DNA of 63,837 nucleotides, counting the filler, from Lenisia limosa (taxonomy: Eukaryota; Protista; Breviatea), in NCBI GenBank assembly GCA_001655205.1. It is 13 parts of 13 records of this genome, joined end to end, with 100 filler letters (N's around TTAATTAATTAA, not from the genome) between each part and the next. Parts side by side here need not be neighbours in the genome. Positions count along the whole stretch, not along the records: positions 34,551 to 37,544 come from LPNZ01001212.1; positions 37,645 to 42,332 come from LPNZ01003890.1; positions 42,433 to 43,684 come from LPNZ01010147.1; positions 43,785 to 52,559 come from LPNZ01007743.1; 9 more parts are not named here. The stretch is one strand, 5' to 3'. The notes beneath the pieces are model-generated. The model ran no database searches and had not been told where the DNA came from. It saw only the letters and a list, made by a program, of their open reading frames with translations. The position numbers were made by a program, and so were the translations under genes. Below are positions 36,834 through 50,000 of the stretch, one piece after another. The stretch's first letter is position 1. Every line of letters begins with the position of its first letter.

Positions 36834-38828
36834 TATTGAGACATAATATTTCCCCGAAGTTTCCCTGAAGTTTCCCCGAATATCATCTTTGCTGTCTTTT
36901 GTGCTCTATTTGATGACGTCATCCTGTTAATTGGTGCCTGAAATTGATAGAGTAGGTACATTTTGATCTGAAAATTAATTTTTTTGCTTTGATAATGCTT
37001 AGAGTCAGTTACTGTGGCATTTCTGTTTTGGTGGAAGTTGACTTTTTGAACCTACAAGCATGTCAACATTTTCACTGAATAAGTACAAATCAAATGACAT
37101 AACGTCTACACAACTAAGAAGTTAGCAAATAATAAACACATAAAAGGTTTGCCGGCTGATTATCACTTGGAGAATGTCCTTGGAGTAATCCAACATTCTC
37201 TATGAGAAGTAAATAGAAAAGATCACATAATAAAAGTGAAGACAGGGTTGAAAAAGACAAAAGAACACCACGTTTCTTTTAAAAACAACTCGATTTATCC
37301 ATTTGTTGAGACAAATGCCTCATTTATACAATAGAAAAGAAGAAACGGTTCACAAAGAACAATATTTGACATGAAATCTCACCAAATAAATCAGAATTTG
37401 AATATCGGAGGATTGCCAATAAAACACCAATCATAGAAACAAACACTATAAATATTCACATAATTTGAATGTAAATGTGAATCTTCCCTTGTCATGTCGT
37501 TGGAAACGATGCTACATGCATTTCTCAATTATGAACGTGGGTTGNNNNNNNNNNNNNNNNNNNNNNNNNNNNNNNNNNNNNNNNNNNNTTAATTAATTAA
37601 NNNNNNNNNNNNNNNNNNNNNNNNNNNNNNNNNNNNNNNNNNNNATCGGAAAGAAAAATATCTAACCAGAAGCTCTTTTACAGAATATTCGACTTCAAAT
37701 TGCAGGTCCATTTCAATTGAGACCCAAACCATTACCTTCTTTCTTTTTTACCATCCCTGTCTACTTCCCTAATTTTGTTCTTAATTTGCACGTCCTTGCG
37801 TATTTCCTCCTACTGACTTGGTAGAAAAAGCCCAAGGCTGCCGTGCGAGAACCTCTTGCCGCTTCAGCTGACTCTGAGGCACCAACGTGGGAGGGGTGAA
37901 TATTGAGTGGGAAGTGTAGGGCTTCACTTCGGTTCTAAAAAGACCGGTAAAATATCAGGAAATTTCCACACAAAAAATATATATATGCTTTTTTTTTTCT
38001 CACACAAGAGCCATGCCTCTTTATGATATATATCAACATTATACAATATTATCCCTCTTGCTGCAGTTTCCCCTCTTTAACTATAATCGCAGTGATAGGT
38101 GTCACTCCTTTTCTCACGACATATTTATTGCTCCTTTGTTACCCCTCTTTCTTCACTATACAGCGACGTTGCCTCCTCCGAAGGATCCTTGAATGTGTAG
38201 GTCTTAAATGCGCCCTCACCATGGTTGTCTAAGTAATGTATTTTTAGTGTATCCAAGAGGCAAGCAAAACGCCTGGGACAGAATCGGGAACTGTGCAATT
38301 AATTCTCACAAAGACATCTTTTAAAAGGGTCTGAAATGGCATTTTCGTCACTGTTTGACCTCTCAAACGTGATTGTAGAAATCCGATAGCGGACCATATT
38401 TTTTAAAACATATAGATATCTGATAAGTCTTGACCGATTTTCCTATTTTCCTCAGGCATAGCAAGTCGGTCGGGACTTAGCTGGCCACTGTATATTGGAT
38501 ATTCCTCCTATCCGCCTTGCATCCTATCAAGCTCTCCCTTGAAATCAACTTGAAATGACAGCTTGCCGGTTGTACGCAGTTGCACGGTTGTATGCTGGTT
38601 GTATGTGGTAGATACGTGATTTAGAGAAAAAAACAAACGAAAATAATTAAAAACTATAACCACCACTACCCTTGTCTAGGCAACCCCCAGGAAAATATTT
38701 CTTGCTACCCCCATTCCTCCCCTTTTCGCTGGCTTTTCGCCCCCCATTTCTCCCTCTTGTGATTTGTTGAGGTAGGTGAAGAGTATAAGAGTATACGAGG
38801 AGAGAAAGCTCTTAGCTAATTTGAGACA

Positions 38829-41800
38829 ATGAGTCAGCCAAGCAACTTTATGAGGCTGATCTCCACCACGCCGACAGAGGACATTTTAAAGGACTACGAT
38901 GAGCCCCCAAGCGCCGTTGTCAAGGACCTCGTTCCAATTCTTCACAACTACCTTCCCCATGCCGAGAAGAAACATATTCGCCTAGGTCTCAGCCAGATCT
39001 TGTCTCATGGATCGCAGTATTCCTTCGACGTGGAGACAGCTGAGTTCAAAGTGAGAGGGGTGGAGGGAGTCTGTTGTCTGGTTCGGAGGTGTTAGTATCA
39101 TGATCATCCGCATACTAGGCTCTGTCTGCAATTCAGGGAATTCATCCCTCCTATCTCCGTATCGGCAATATCCCTTCTACGGTTGACGGCTTTTACCTGA
39201 TAAAGGTTTTTTTTCTTCATTATTTCTTCTTCTCTCTCCCTTTTTTTTGGGTGGGGTTGTTTGAAAACACAGGAGGGTTTAACAACAACCAACAGCAAAA
39301 ACAACAGTAATAATAACAGTAATAATAACAGATGAGTTCTGAAAAGGGTGTTATACCTCCACCAGAGGACTGTGTTATACCCCCACCAGAGGACTGTGTT
39401 ATCCATTCACAAATCACCCCATCCTCTCCATTAACTCTGACCCTGAGTTTTTTGGTTTATAAATTTTCCATCACCCCCCCCCCCNNNNNNNNNNNNNNNN
39501 NNNNNNNNNNNNNNNNNNNNNNNNNNNNNNNNNNNNNNNNNNNNNNNNNNNNNNNNNNNNNNNNNNNNNNNNNNNNNNNNNNNNNNNNNNNNNNNNNNNN
39601 NNNNNNNNNNNNNNNNNNNTGGGGGGGGGGTGATACACAATAATAAAAAGTGGTGAAGAACCGTAATCATTGTCAGATATTATCACCAACACCACCACCA
39701 CCAACATCATCATCACCAACTTTAACCATAATCAGCATGAACTTGACAAGTCCAACGATCTGGTTCTCAAAATGGCTGCTGAGTGGATCCCTAAGGGTGG
39801 GGGAGAGTGGATCCCTAAGGATAGGGGAGAGTGGATCCCTAAGGAGTGGTTTTGATGTGTATATGATATGATATAATGTGTGTGTGCAAGTTGCTTAATA
39901 AATCCTCGATTAATCCAATTCTTGTAAATCCTCAAGATATCATAAGATCCATATTTTCCAAATCTTTTGGAACCGAAAAGAATCCCTACATACCCCTGTC
40001 ACATTCACAACACAGACGTCGAAGCAATGTCCGAGCAAACTGTCCCCGAAATTATGGCTTCCTTCCGTTCATACATGCCAGCTGTTGTTAGGACTATGTT
40101 CTCTCTCATTGAGGTGCGCGACAATTGGATATCAATCATTTCTGGACTAAATCTTGAGTATCATTTTGGTCCAGATGATATAGATATAGTATATCATTAT
40201 TAAAAAAACGATGCAATTCTTAAAACTGTGGTATCAAATTGTACATATACTCCACGATAAGTCCAGACACGATTGACTAAAAGCTCAATATCCATGCCTG
40301 GAATCATGGCGGTCGGTGTACGTCATCAGACGAAGCTCTGCTCACTCTCCTCCATCCCCTCTCCCAGATCCCCTCACTCTCTCCAGATCTCCATCCGGCA
40401 TGTCAGTGTGGTCGCGTCAGTTCTCACCCCTGAAGCAAGCGTCTACTTCCATCGCTTAAGGTAGGCTCATTGTCAACAAATAGGGCTTCACTTCGGTTTT
40501 AAAAAAGACTGTATATCCCGATAAATCTTCGAAAACTATCGATATTATCACGGTCTTTTTCAAACCGAAGTGAAGCCCTATCAACAAACGAAGTCATTGA
40601 TGCACTGAATATGAGATACATGCGCATATTGATAATAGCTCAGATGTGTGCAGCAGCAGCTATCAGATATCTGGGTGTGCAGCAGCAGCTGACACATGCT
40701 AGTTGGAATCTTAGTTACGATATTAGGACCACGAAGGCCATTCTGACGTACCTCTACGACGCCAGTACCCCCGGCCTTGCCTCCAACCACGCAGCTCATT
40801 CCGCCCTCTCCCCAGCCCTGCTCAATATTTCGGTTGGTTTCTTTGAATTGTCTTTTGAGGGAAAACGTTCTATTTTGTTTAAGGCTCATGTAAACAGAAA
40901 ACAAGAAATATATCATTATAATATTGAAAGACAAGTGTACTATAATCCAGTATTCTCATTCCTCATTCTGTCCAACAAATCATCTATTTGCTATGTTGTA
41001 TTATTTTACGCATCTCACGCCACAGACTTACGTGTGCGCAATCTTTGACAAAATCGCCTCCCAGGCCACTGTCGCCGTTTCTAAGCCGGCAACCCGTCCC
41101 GCATACTCAAGTTAGGGGGAGTAGTGTGATGTTGTCTCAGAGCAATGTTCCATCTCCGATTTTTACCTTTTATCCCATTTTCACCATTATTGATCCGATT
41201 TCCACCATTTTTATCCTCTTTCCATCCCGTCACGGCCACAGAGCTCTTCGTGGTTCCCAGCATGAAGAACCTCCGAGCCATGAAGGCGTCAAACGACCTG
41301 GGCTACGTGTGGGTGGCGTGCGCATTCAACGGCAACACCACCGACATGGCCCTCGCCGCCGCCATCAGCTTTAGGTGTGTGTGTGGGGTGTGTAATCAAC
41401 TTTAAGTGGGGGGAGGAGTTCAATTCTGGGGGTAATAACTGCTTAGCATGTAGAAATAGGTTATGGTTTTATTCAATCAGTCAAAAGGACAGGGATAAAA
41501 GGGTACCTTTCGACAACAAAATTCCGAAGTTTGTATGTACATGTAACTGTTGTTATTTCCACTGTTTCTTTCTCATTTTTTAGTGGAATGGGAATTGATA
41601 CGATTTGGGGCTATTTCCGGGTCTTGCTGTCCCGCAGTGGGTTGGGTTGATATCTGTGATATTCTGTGATAACTTCTGATAATTCATTGCATGATGTTCC
41701 GTCTTCTTTTGATGGTGGTGTGGACCTTTTATTTCTCGATTGATCTCCCCTTTTTGCTGACTGTTCTACTCTGTGTTATTAAAACAACACACACAGAGAG

Positions 41801-42123
41801 AGAGAGAGATGTTTCTCCTTTTGTTGTCTGTACTTTTTTGAGTTCATATTTCACCAGTATAAAAAAAAGGGGGGGGAGCTTTTGATTCTATTTTATTGGA
41901 TTGGTGTGAAGGTTGGCTTGAAAAACAACATTCCCTCTCTCTGCGTACACTATTCTAATCCCCTCCCCTCCGTTTTAAATACACATTATTTAATTGTGCA
42001 AATGAACTCATGATCTTAACACACCGCTTCAGTGCAAACTACTACCTCAAATGATTGTCTGATGGAGGTGGTCACGTCCCTTGCATTCTTGGTATCAAGA
42101 GCACTGGTGAAGCTTGATGTGGG
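38829..42123 (+). CDS. Multi-exon hypothetical protein
   Basis: MSQPSNFMRLISTTPTEDILKDY...ETAEFK|gtgaga; ALSAIQGIHPSYLRIGNIPSTVDGFYLIK; DVEAMSEQTVPEIMASFRSYMPAVVRTMFSLIE; ISIRHVSVVASVLTPEASVYFHRLR; ELFVVPSMKNLRAMKASNDLGYVWVACAFNG. No family recognised; 3' end uncertain. Confidence 0.55.
40481..40580. mobile_element. Family A 100-bp hAT-type MITE, intact copy with 8-bp TSD
   Basis: TIR TAGGGCTTCACTTCGGTT...AACCGAAGTGAAGCCCTA flanked on both sides by tcaacaaa. Confidence 0.92.
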
Positions 42124-42451
42124 AGGTGATGCGATTGGTTAAGCTTGATATGGGGAAGTTCTTCATCTAAATATTCATTATTTTTCTTGTTTTTGTTTTT
42201 GTCATCTGGCCTTTGTCTCGTTTTAGCGTTGGTTGCTCGTGTTTGTTATTGCTAATTTTTTGTTTTTTGTTTGCTTGGAGTTTCAGATTATTCGGTTCGT
42301 GATTAGTACCTTTACGCCAATAGTCTTTGTCGNNNNNNNNNNNNNNNNNNNNNNNNNNNNNNNNNNNNNNNNNNNNTTAATTAATTAANNNNNNNNNNNN
42401 NNNNNNNNNNNNNNNNNNNNNNNNNNNNNNNNGATTTACTGACTCTTCACA

Positions 42452-43610
42452 GCAAAGAAGTAGCCCTCCCCCCGCGCCCTCCTAGCAGACAGCAATCCCG
42501 CCCCTCGTCTTCGCAGGGTAGGGGGTCTGAAACAGCTTCTTTACAGCTAGGGCTTCACTTCGGTTGAAAAAAGACTGAGTTTCTTGATTAATCCTCGAAA
42601 ACTATCGATATTTTCCTGGGCGCTTTCGAACCGAAGTGAAGCCCTACTTAGAGCCCCCAAAAACACCGACAAAAGGGGCTGGAGTCTTGGAATGCCCTGC
42701 TTTCGAACAATTTTGATACCTCTCATCCAAATATAACGTCTTATCATCAAGCGACCCACCATTGGGCTTTTTTGTTTTACATTTTGCCCATTTTACTCCT
42801 AGACGCCATTACCATCTCTTCAGTGTTAAATAGAACACACAATTAATTGAATTCCTGTTACCTTCGTAGGCCGAAACCCCTCCATCCACGGCATCCACAA
42901 GCGCTCGCACCCCTACCTCTCCAAGCAACCCCCAAAACAGCCGAGTGGGTAAATAGTCAAAAATCTGCACACACTCGTTAGCTACTGTATATCATGATAT
43001 GCATCATACATAAGTGCCGCCAGATACAACCTTGTTGTATTTCTCAACCATCTCTATATAATTATATATCGCATAGTAAACTATATCATTGTACATGTCT
43101 GAAGGGTTAAAACTGGTACAGCTCCAAATCCATTACTCTTCCATTTTGCTACATAATACAATATCTCTTAAAGGTGATGGTGTGGACGGGTTCGGCCAGA
43201 TATAACCTTTTTTTTATTGTTCAATGCAATATATCATACATCAATAATACTATATTTTTTACAATAAGAACCCGTCTTTGCAGTCCTCTCACCCTGACAC
43301 CAGGTGGAGCCATTGTGAAGCCAGCGGCTCGATCAAGAACGCCCACTCGACCATCCACTAAGTCGGCTTTTTGAGGGCGAGAAAATGCACCAAATAAAAT
43401 TAGGGATTTGAAAAAAAACATTGAGATACAATTGGGCTGATTGTAATTCTAATACACTCACAGTACTTCACACCATGGGAAATTATTATTACCGTTACGC
43501 TCTAGGACCCAGCAACGCCCGTCGACAGCCCCTCGAAGACCCTCATCTCAACAATCTTCTCCTGCCTCCAGACCCCAAACTGCTACCCAGCCGCAAACTC
43601 AAACTCGACG
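42452..43610 (+). CDS. Exon fragments of a Pro/Ser/Thr/Arg-rich low-complexity protein (small contig)
   Basis: AG/GT-bounded GC-richer blocks: GRNPSIHGIHKRSHPYLSKQPPKQP; TQQRPSTAPRRPSSQQSSPASRPQTATQPQTQTR. Confidence 0.4.
42548..42646. mobile_element. Family A hAT-type MITE copy
   Basis: Perfect TIRs; flanks tttacagc / cttagagc (6/8 match, decayed TSD). Confidence 0.85.
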
Positions 43611-44095
43611 TGGGTTCTATAGTCATCGAATCCTAATTGTAGTCGAAGCTCCATTCTCGATTTTATTGGTTCCATGCACTATATNNNNNNNNNNNNNNNN
43701 NNNNNNNNNNNNNNNNNNNNNNNNNNNNTTAATTAATTAANNNNNNNNNNNNNNNNNNNNNNNNNNNNNNNNNNNNNNNNNNNNTAAGTTTGTTTGGGAG
43801 GATTGGAGTGATAAATGCAACAAACGGAACTGAGTTGTTCGAAAAGGGGTAGCTGAATAGGAAAAAAAGGGGATAATTGTATCGAAAGTAACCAAGTTTT
43901 ATGTGGTGTTGCAGTTATTTGTGAGAAAAGGGTTGCTGCAGATACTTTTATCAGAGCAATTAAACCATCATCGCTCTTTAGATTGATGAGTTCACTGTTC
44001 AACTCATTTAATTTGAAATTGAGACCCCACCTGAACTGTTCCCCGATGTTATTTATTTCTCTTGTTAAAAATAAACTGAACTCATTGCTCTTTAG

Positions 44096-47000
44096 ATTGA
44101 TGAATGTACTGAGGAGTTCAACTATGGAAACTGTGATCCTGAATCTCTCGGAGGAAGAGCCACTTTCTGTAGAGGCATAACCCAGAACCTTCTTGCTAGT
44201 GACTGGACCTCTGTGGGTTTGTTTATATGAACAAGATAAATAATTTACGTTAGAAATGGAAATAAATGGGGATACTATACCCGAAACCTTTATGCTAGTG
44301 ACTGGGTAGATATGGGTGGTGATCTGTGTTCATAATACCAGAAATATAATCGTCTTTCATGCCTCAAATTAAAGATTTTTTAGATATTGATATATTTATT
44401 CATCTTCTTCATCTTCTTCATCTTCTTCATCTTCTTCATCTTCTTCATCTTCTTATTCTTCTTCATCTTCATCTTATTCACCAAACTCAGTTTTATAGTT
44501 TTCAGCTGAATTTGTTTGACTACCAAAGTGTAACTAATGTAACCACAGCTTGGCTTCTCCTACCCCTCCAATACTCTGACCCACGCCTGTTACTGCAACG
44601 AGGGTTATGGCCGCCTCTATCCCAACGACTACAGTACTGATTACGTGGGCTGGGGAGGCACGCATAAATCTATGTATACAGATGCGGGATGGTGTGGACG
44701 GCTTCAGCCAGATACAATCGAGAAATTCAGTCTTTTTTTCTACCGAAGTGAAGCGTTAGGTATCTATTACAAGCATTCAAAACCAATCAAGACCTTCCCG
44801 ACAACAACCCACCTCGCTCAGTATAGCCTCAATTGAAACTTGGGTTCCTGTTCTTTCCAAAGGTTCTTGACCGTTCAGGTGACTAACACTTATAACCCTT
44901 GTGCCAAAACTGGATGCGCCGCGTGAGTGGAGCTCTTGTTATCTTTTTATTTTGTTAATAGTGTCTTCTTCTTCTTTCATCATCTTCGCCAATATTTTGT
45001 CCTTACTTGTTTCTGTAATTCACTAAGTAATCTATCCCATGTACCTCCCATCACCCCATCTCCAGAGGCACGGTGACCGATCGGAACCCTGGCGGATGGG
45101 GGTACCGTTGTTGGGATATCAACTACTGCAAGAGCGTGGCTGGATGTGAGCGAGTTGTGTTGATTGCTTTTGATTGGTTTTGTTGATTGCAAAATACACA
45201 TTAAAATCATAAAATCTTGATACTATCAATACAATTGCTACACGAAGCCATAGACGAAATCATAGTCTATGTACATGCTTGCTATTCGTTTCGGACCGTT
45301 ATTCTCATCTAATTCACCCCCCTGTCTCAGATTATTCGATTCGTGATGAGTAACTTTACGCCAATATTCTTTATAGAAATTTCCTTCGTTTTACCCCCCC
45401 CCCCCNNNNNNNNNNNNNNNNNNNNNNNNNNNNNNNNNNNNNNNNNNNNNNNNNNNNNNNNNNNNNNNNNNNNNNNAATGACTATTTTAGCATCATATAA
45501 GCGCTCATGCCCCTCCAATGCCTACTGCGTTAACACTGAGAACATTTCTGGTCCTAACTACGAGGAATGTGAATGGTTGGGAGGGGAGTGAATGGTATTG
45601 GAGATGTGGTGTGTGAATGTGAATGTGTGTGTATATGTGTGTGTATATGTGTGCGTGTGTGTGTGTACTATATAATTGACCCATTTACCATTATATATCA
45701 TATAATATAGTGAGTAAGGCTATAGTTGACCCCTGTGTTATGACTTAAGTTCACCCATGTGTACCAAATATGACAATTTAGCGAACCCGGATACTCAGGC
45801 AGCAGTTGTACGGACATCAACGAGTGTTCAGCTGGCACCCACGGCTGCCCCTCCCATTCAACCTGCCATAACACCGCAGGTTCCTTCNNNNNNNNNNNNN
45901 NNNNNNNNNNNNNNNNNNNNNNNNNNNNNNNNNNNNNNNNNNNNNNNNNNNNNNNNNNNNNNNNNNNNNNNNNNNNNNNNNNNNNNNNNNNNNNNNNNNN
46001 NNNNNNNNNNNNNNNNNNNNNNNNNNNNNNNNNNNNNNNNNNNNNNNNNNNNNCTAGGCAAGTGTAACACCGGATACATTGAAGTCAATGGCGAATGTTA
46101 TGCCAAGGGCTCATGTCAACTCAATCCTTGCAAGTGAGCGTTCTTTTTTCATAGCATTATCATATACTACTTGGGTGATTTTCACACGCGTGAATTACTT
46201 TCTTTCCACGCAATGATATGATATCCACTCGTATGATAATTGAACGACAAGTCTAAATTCGTTTCCTCATTATTTGATCATACTTTATCAGTATTTTCGG
46301 CCCTACTGACCAATATTTTACCATTCCAGGGGCACTAACGCGATATGTACTGACACCGGGCCGGGCACCTACTCATGCGCCTGCATTTTGGGCACTACCG
46401 GAGGTGGGAGGTATTTTTAGGAGATTATATACATTATTATTTTTTGCTTGTTTTATGCTTTATTTTTCATGTCTGTTTTATACTTTATTTGTTCAATTCT
46501 TTGCAAATGTTTTATTCTCTTCATCACAGAATTCAGCAGGTTTTATCCCTTTAGACGGTTACAATTACTGTGTTGACATTGATCACTGTCAAAGAACCGG
46601 AAGCGACCCTTGTAACACACAAGATGGCTATTACTGCAAGGAAAGTTGGCTTGGTGGAGGGGGTTGGAAAGTAGGTATGGAATGGTTGATTATTATTTTA
46701 AGGAAAGTACGCAGTGGATATTGCTCTCATTGCTGAAATCAAAGTGTTTTTACAGATACAACTTCTGCTTCCAACACTATGTTTCTTGTATGCATTTCAC
46801 ATAACCACCAATCGCAGCCTTTGGAGGTCACAAGTGTTCCTGCCCGTACGGCCTGGAGCTTGTGAGTGATGGCGTCTGCACCATTCGTGACCTTTGCGCT
46901 GATAATCGTTTGGGGAATGGAGGTGATTGTCAGTATTAGTGGGTGTGTGTGGGGTGCGTTTTGTCTAAANNNNNNNNNNNNNNNNNNNNNNNNNNNNNNN

Positions 47001-50000
47001 NNNNNNNNNNNNNNNNNNNNNNNNNNNNNNNNNNNNNNNNNNNNNNNNNNNNNNNNNNNNNNNNNNNNNNNNNNNNNNNNNNNNNNNNNNNNNNNNNNNN
47101 NNNNNNNNNNNNNNNNNNNNNNNNNNNNNNNNNNNNNNNNNCAAAACGATGAAAACGGCCTTTACAGCTGTCACTGTCCCCTGGGAACCGTGGGGGGAGG
47201 GGGTGAAGAGAGTTTTTTTTTGTTTCATTAGCCAATTTTCCAATTTTTAACAAATTTCCAATCACCCCACAGGCGGGAGACCCCTATGAGGGTCATTGTC
47301 GGACGTTCTTGGAGCTTCCAGTGTACGATAATTGCGCCGTTCTTAACGGGGGCTGCGGGTAGGAGGGGTAATGAGGTGTTGGGATTTGTTGGGATTTGGG
47401 TGCTCATATAGTGTCACGGAGAGGTAAATAAATATATTACTCATGTCGTATCGAATGAAATGGAGCAACATTAGTATCTGAGTATCTCTTTGGCACTTTG
47501 CTAGGGGGCTGGGGAGGTTAAATTGTGATAAAATTTGAAATTATAGTGTCTGAAATTGGGTTCTCATTAAAATATTTCCCTCTTCAAATTGTAAAATTAT
47601 TTTTTCAAATACTTGCACAATTATATTCTTGGGGCTGGGGAGAAAAATAATTCAGTTTATATTGGGTATGAAAATGCATGAAAGTGAATATTTTACTCTT
47701 TATGCAATGATCTTGTGAAAATCTTCGTAATTGTAGCATAACATAAACTATTTTTTGTCATGTTTACTATTTCACCCCTCCCCAGCCCCCTAGCGACCTG
47801 CCGTATGGACGGTTCCAACGTAATTTGTACCTGTTTCGAGGGATTTTCTCATAACGGCACTGACTGTGTACCTGCCAAGGCTGACCATTGTGATGGTGGG
47901 AGAGGCGATTCTTCTTATTTTTTTTTTGGCGGGTGTTGGGCAACATTGGTGGTGATTATTGTTCGCTTTGCACTGTTAACCCCCCAGGTCATTCCTGCCC
48001 CCAAAACTCGACCTGCATAGCTGTGCCAGAAGCGGGTGGTTACTCCTGCCTCTGTGACGAGGGTTTCTTCGATCCATTCAGGTTTGTGTATTTTGGCTGT
48101 GTGCAATGATTGAGTGATTAATATTATACTACAATCCAATATCTCTTTTAAGCGTGATGGTGTGGACNNNNNNNNNNNNNNNNNNNNNNNNNNNNNNNNN
48201 NNNNNNNNNNNNNNNNNNNNNNNNNNNNNNNNNNNNNNNNNNNNCGTTGCTGTTCCCCTGCGTATTGTTTCACTTGGGTTCGGGAAAATATCAATAGTTT
48301 TCGAGGTTTTATCGAAAATTCATTCTTTTTTCTCTTTTTCAAACCGAAGTGAAGCCCTAGTTGTTGTCTCTGCTCTTCGTGCTGTTGTTGATAGTGTCTC
48401 AATTAGTTTAGCAAGAGGTTATATTCTTGGAGTTTTGCTTCATTTAATATCTTCACCCCAAAAAGTTGTTATTGGCTTTTTTTATTTCATAAATTTTCCA
48501 AATCTACTACCCCCCCCCCCTCTAACCACACACACAAACACACACATCCTCTTTTTAGGGCTTGTTTTTTGGTGTTTCATGAATTTCCAACTTACCTTCA
48601 GACCATGGCTTCCGACTGCATATGTCCGGCCTGGTCAAGGCGGATGTTCTCCTAAGGGACCCTGTCAGGTATTTGGGGGCTTTTTTTCTGTTTTAGTAGT
48701 CACATGACAAAATACAGTGACCGGGATAGTCTTTACCTCTTTTACCTGGGAAATCATATTAGTAAATCGGTCAAGACTGAACCCGGTCAAGAAGGTTACC
48801 AACCTTTTGTATTTAGTATTTCCACATAGACACTATTTTCTATCCTAAATATTTCGAAAAGGATGATCTTGTTTCTATTTTAAAAAGTACAATAAATGAA
48901 ACAGGGATATGTTAACTCTTAGTACGTAACTAATGTTTCAGTACGCCAACGGAGGCTGCGCCCACATCACGTCTGCCACGTGCACCGCTGACTTCGACCA
49001 TCCCTTGGTACAGGGGGCGGGGTATTGGTTTGAGTTTTGGGCAGCAGAAATGAATTTGAAATCTCTTGACGGGTTTATTTTTGCTTTCAATGTAACTTTG
49101 ATGCATCACTGTTTATTTCAACGTATTACTGAACCCTTGTAATTAGTGGTTTTGCCTCCCTCCAATATCACCTTTTTGTGTTATAACTTAAGCCAGATAC
49201 AATCTTGTGATGTTGCTTGTATCAAATACTGACAAAAGTTCTTGACATCAAAATTTCACTGTTTTAGTACAACACGACCCGCACCGACATGGACAATCCC
49301 CACCCTGCAGTGGAGTGTAAATGTGTCCCGGGATGGGCAGGTGGGGGGGCTTCCCTACGGTCTCCAAAAAGACCGAATCCCTCGGTAATCCCTCGATAAT
49401 TTCTCGATGAATTCTCGATAAACTTTTCGATAAATATCGATATTTTGACAGTGTTTATCAGACCGTAAGGAATCGCTAGATATATTGCATGTCATAGATA
49501 ATTTTTATAATCAGTACTACAGGGAGATAGGGTCATGGTGAAGCCCTATATAATAGTAATATCTAATATTGAATATATTTCAACACTGTTGGGATATGGT
49601 CTTGACTTTGGTGGTTCTCGCCTAACCCCCCCCCCCCCNNNNNNNNNNNNNNNNNNNNNNNNNNNNNNNNNNNNNNNNNNNNNNNNNNNNNNNNNNNNNN
49701 NNNNNNNNNNNNNNNNNNNNNNNNNNNNNNNNNNNNNNNNNNNCGGTGACGCTGCAACTCAAACCAAGGTAGGCTTGTAATGACTCTGATGAAACCAACA
49801 ATTAGCGTCTTTTGCTGACAACAAACTCTATTACGAAGTTTACTCACTTCACTGACATTACTAACATTACTAACATTACTAACATTACTAACATTACTTG
49901 TATCACTATCAATACTTGTATTACTACCACTTAGAACGAGGTCGGCAATTGCACAGCCAGCCATCACGCCATATGGGACGCTTGGGAGGAGATCGAGTGG

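Noticed and set aside
40461-40593. Family A MITE as an intron-creating element
   Set aside because: Copies sit inside introns with independent donors and acceptors, carry their own 8-bp TSDs and show no orientation bias; ordinary MITE insertion fits better.
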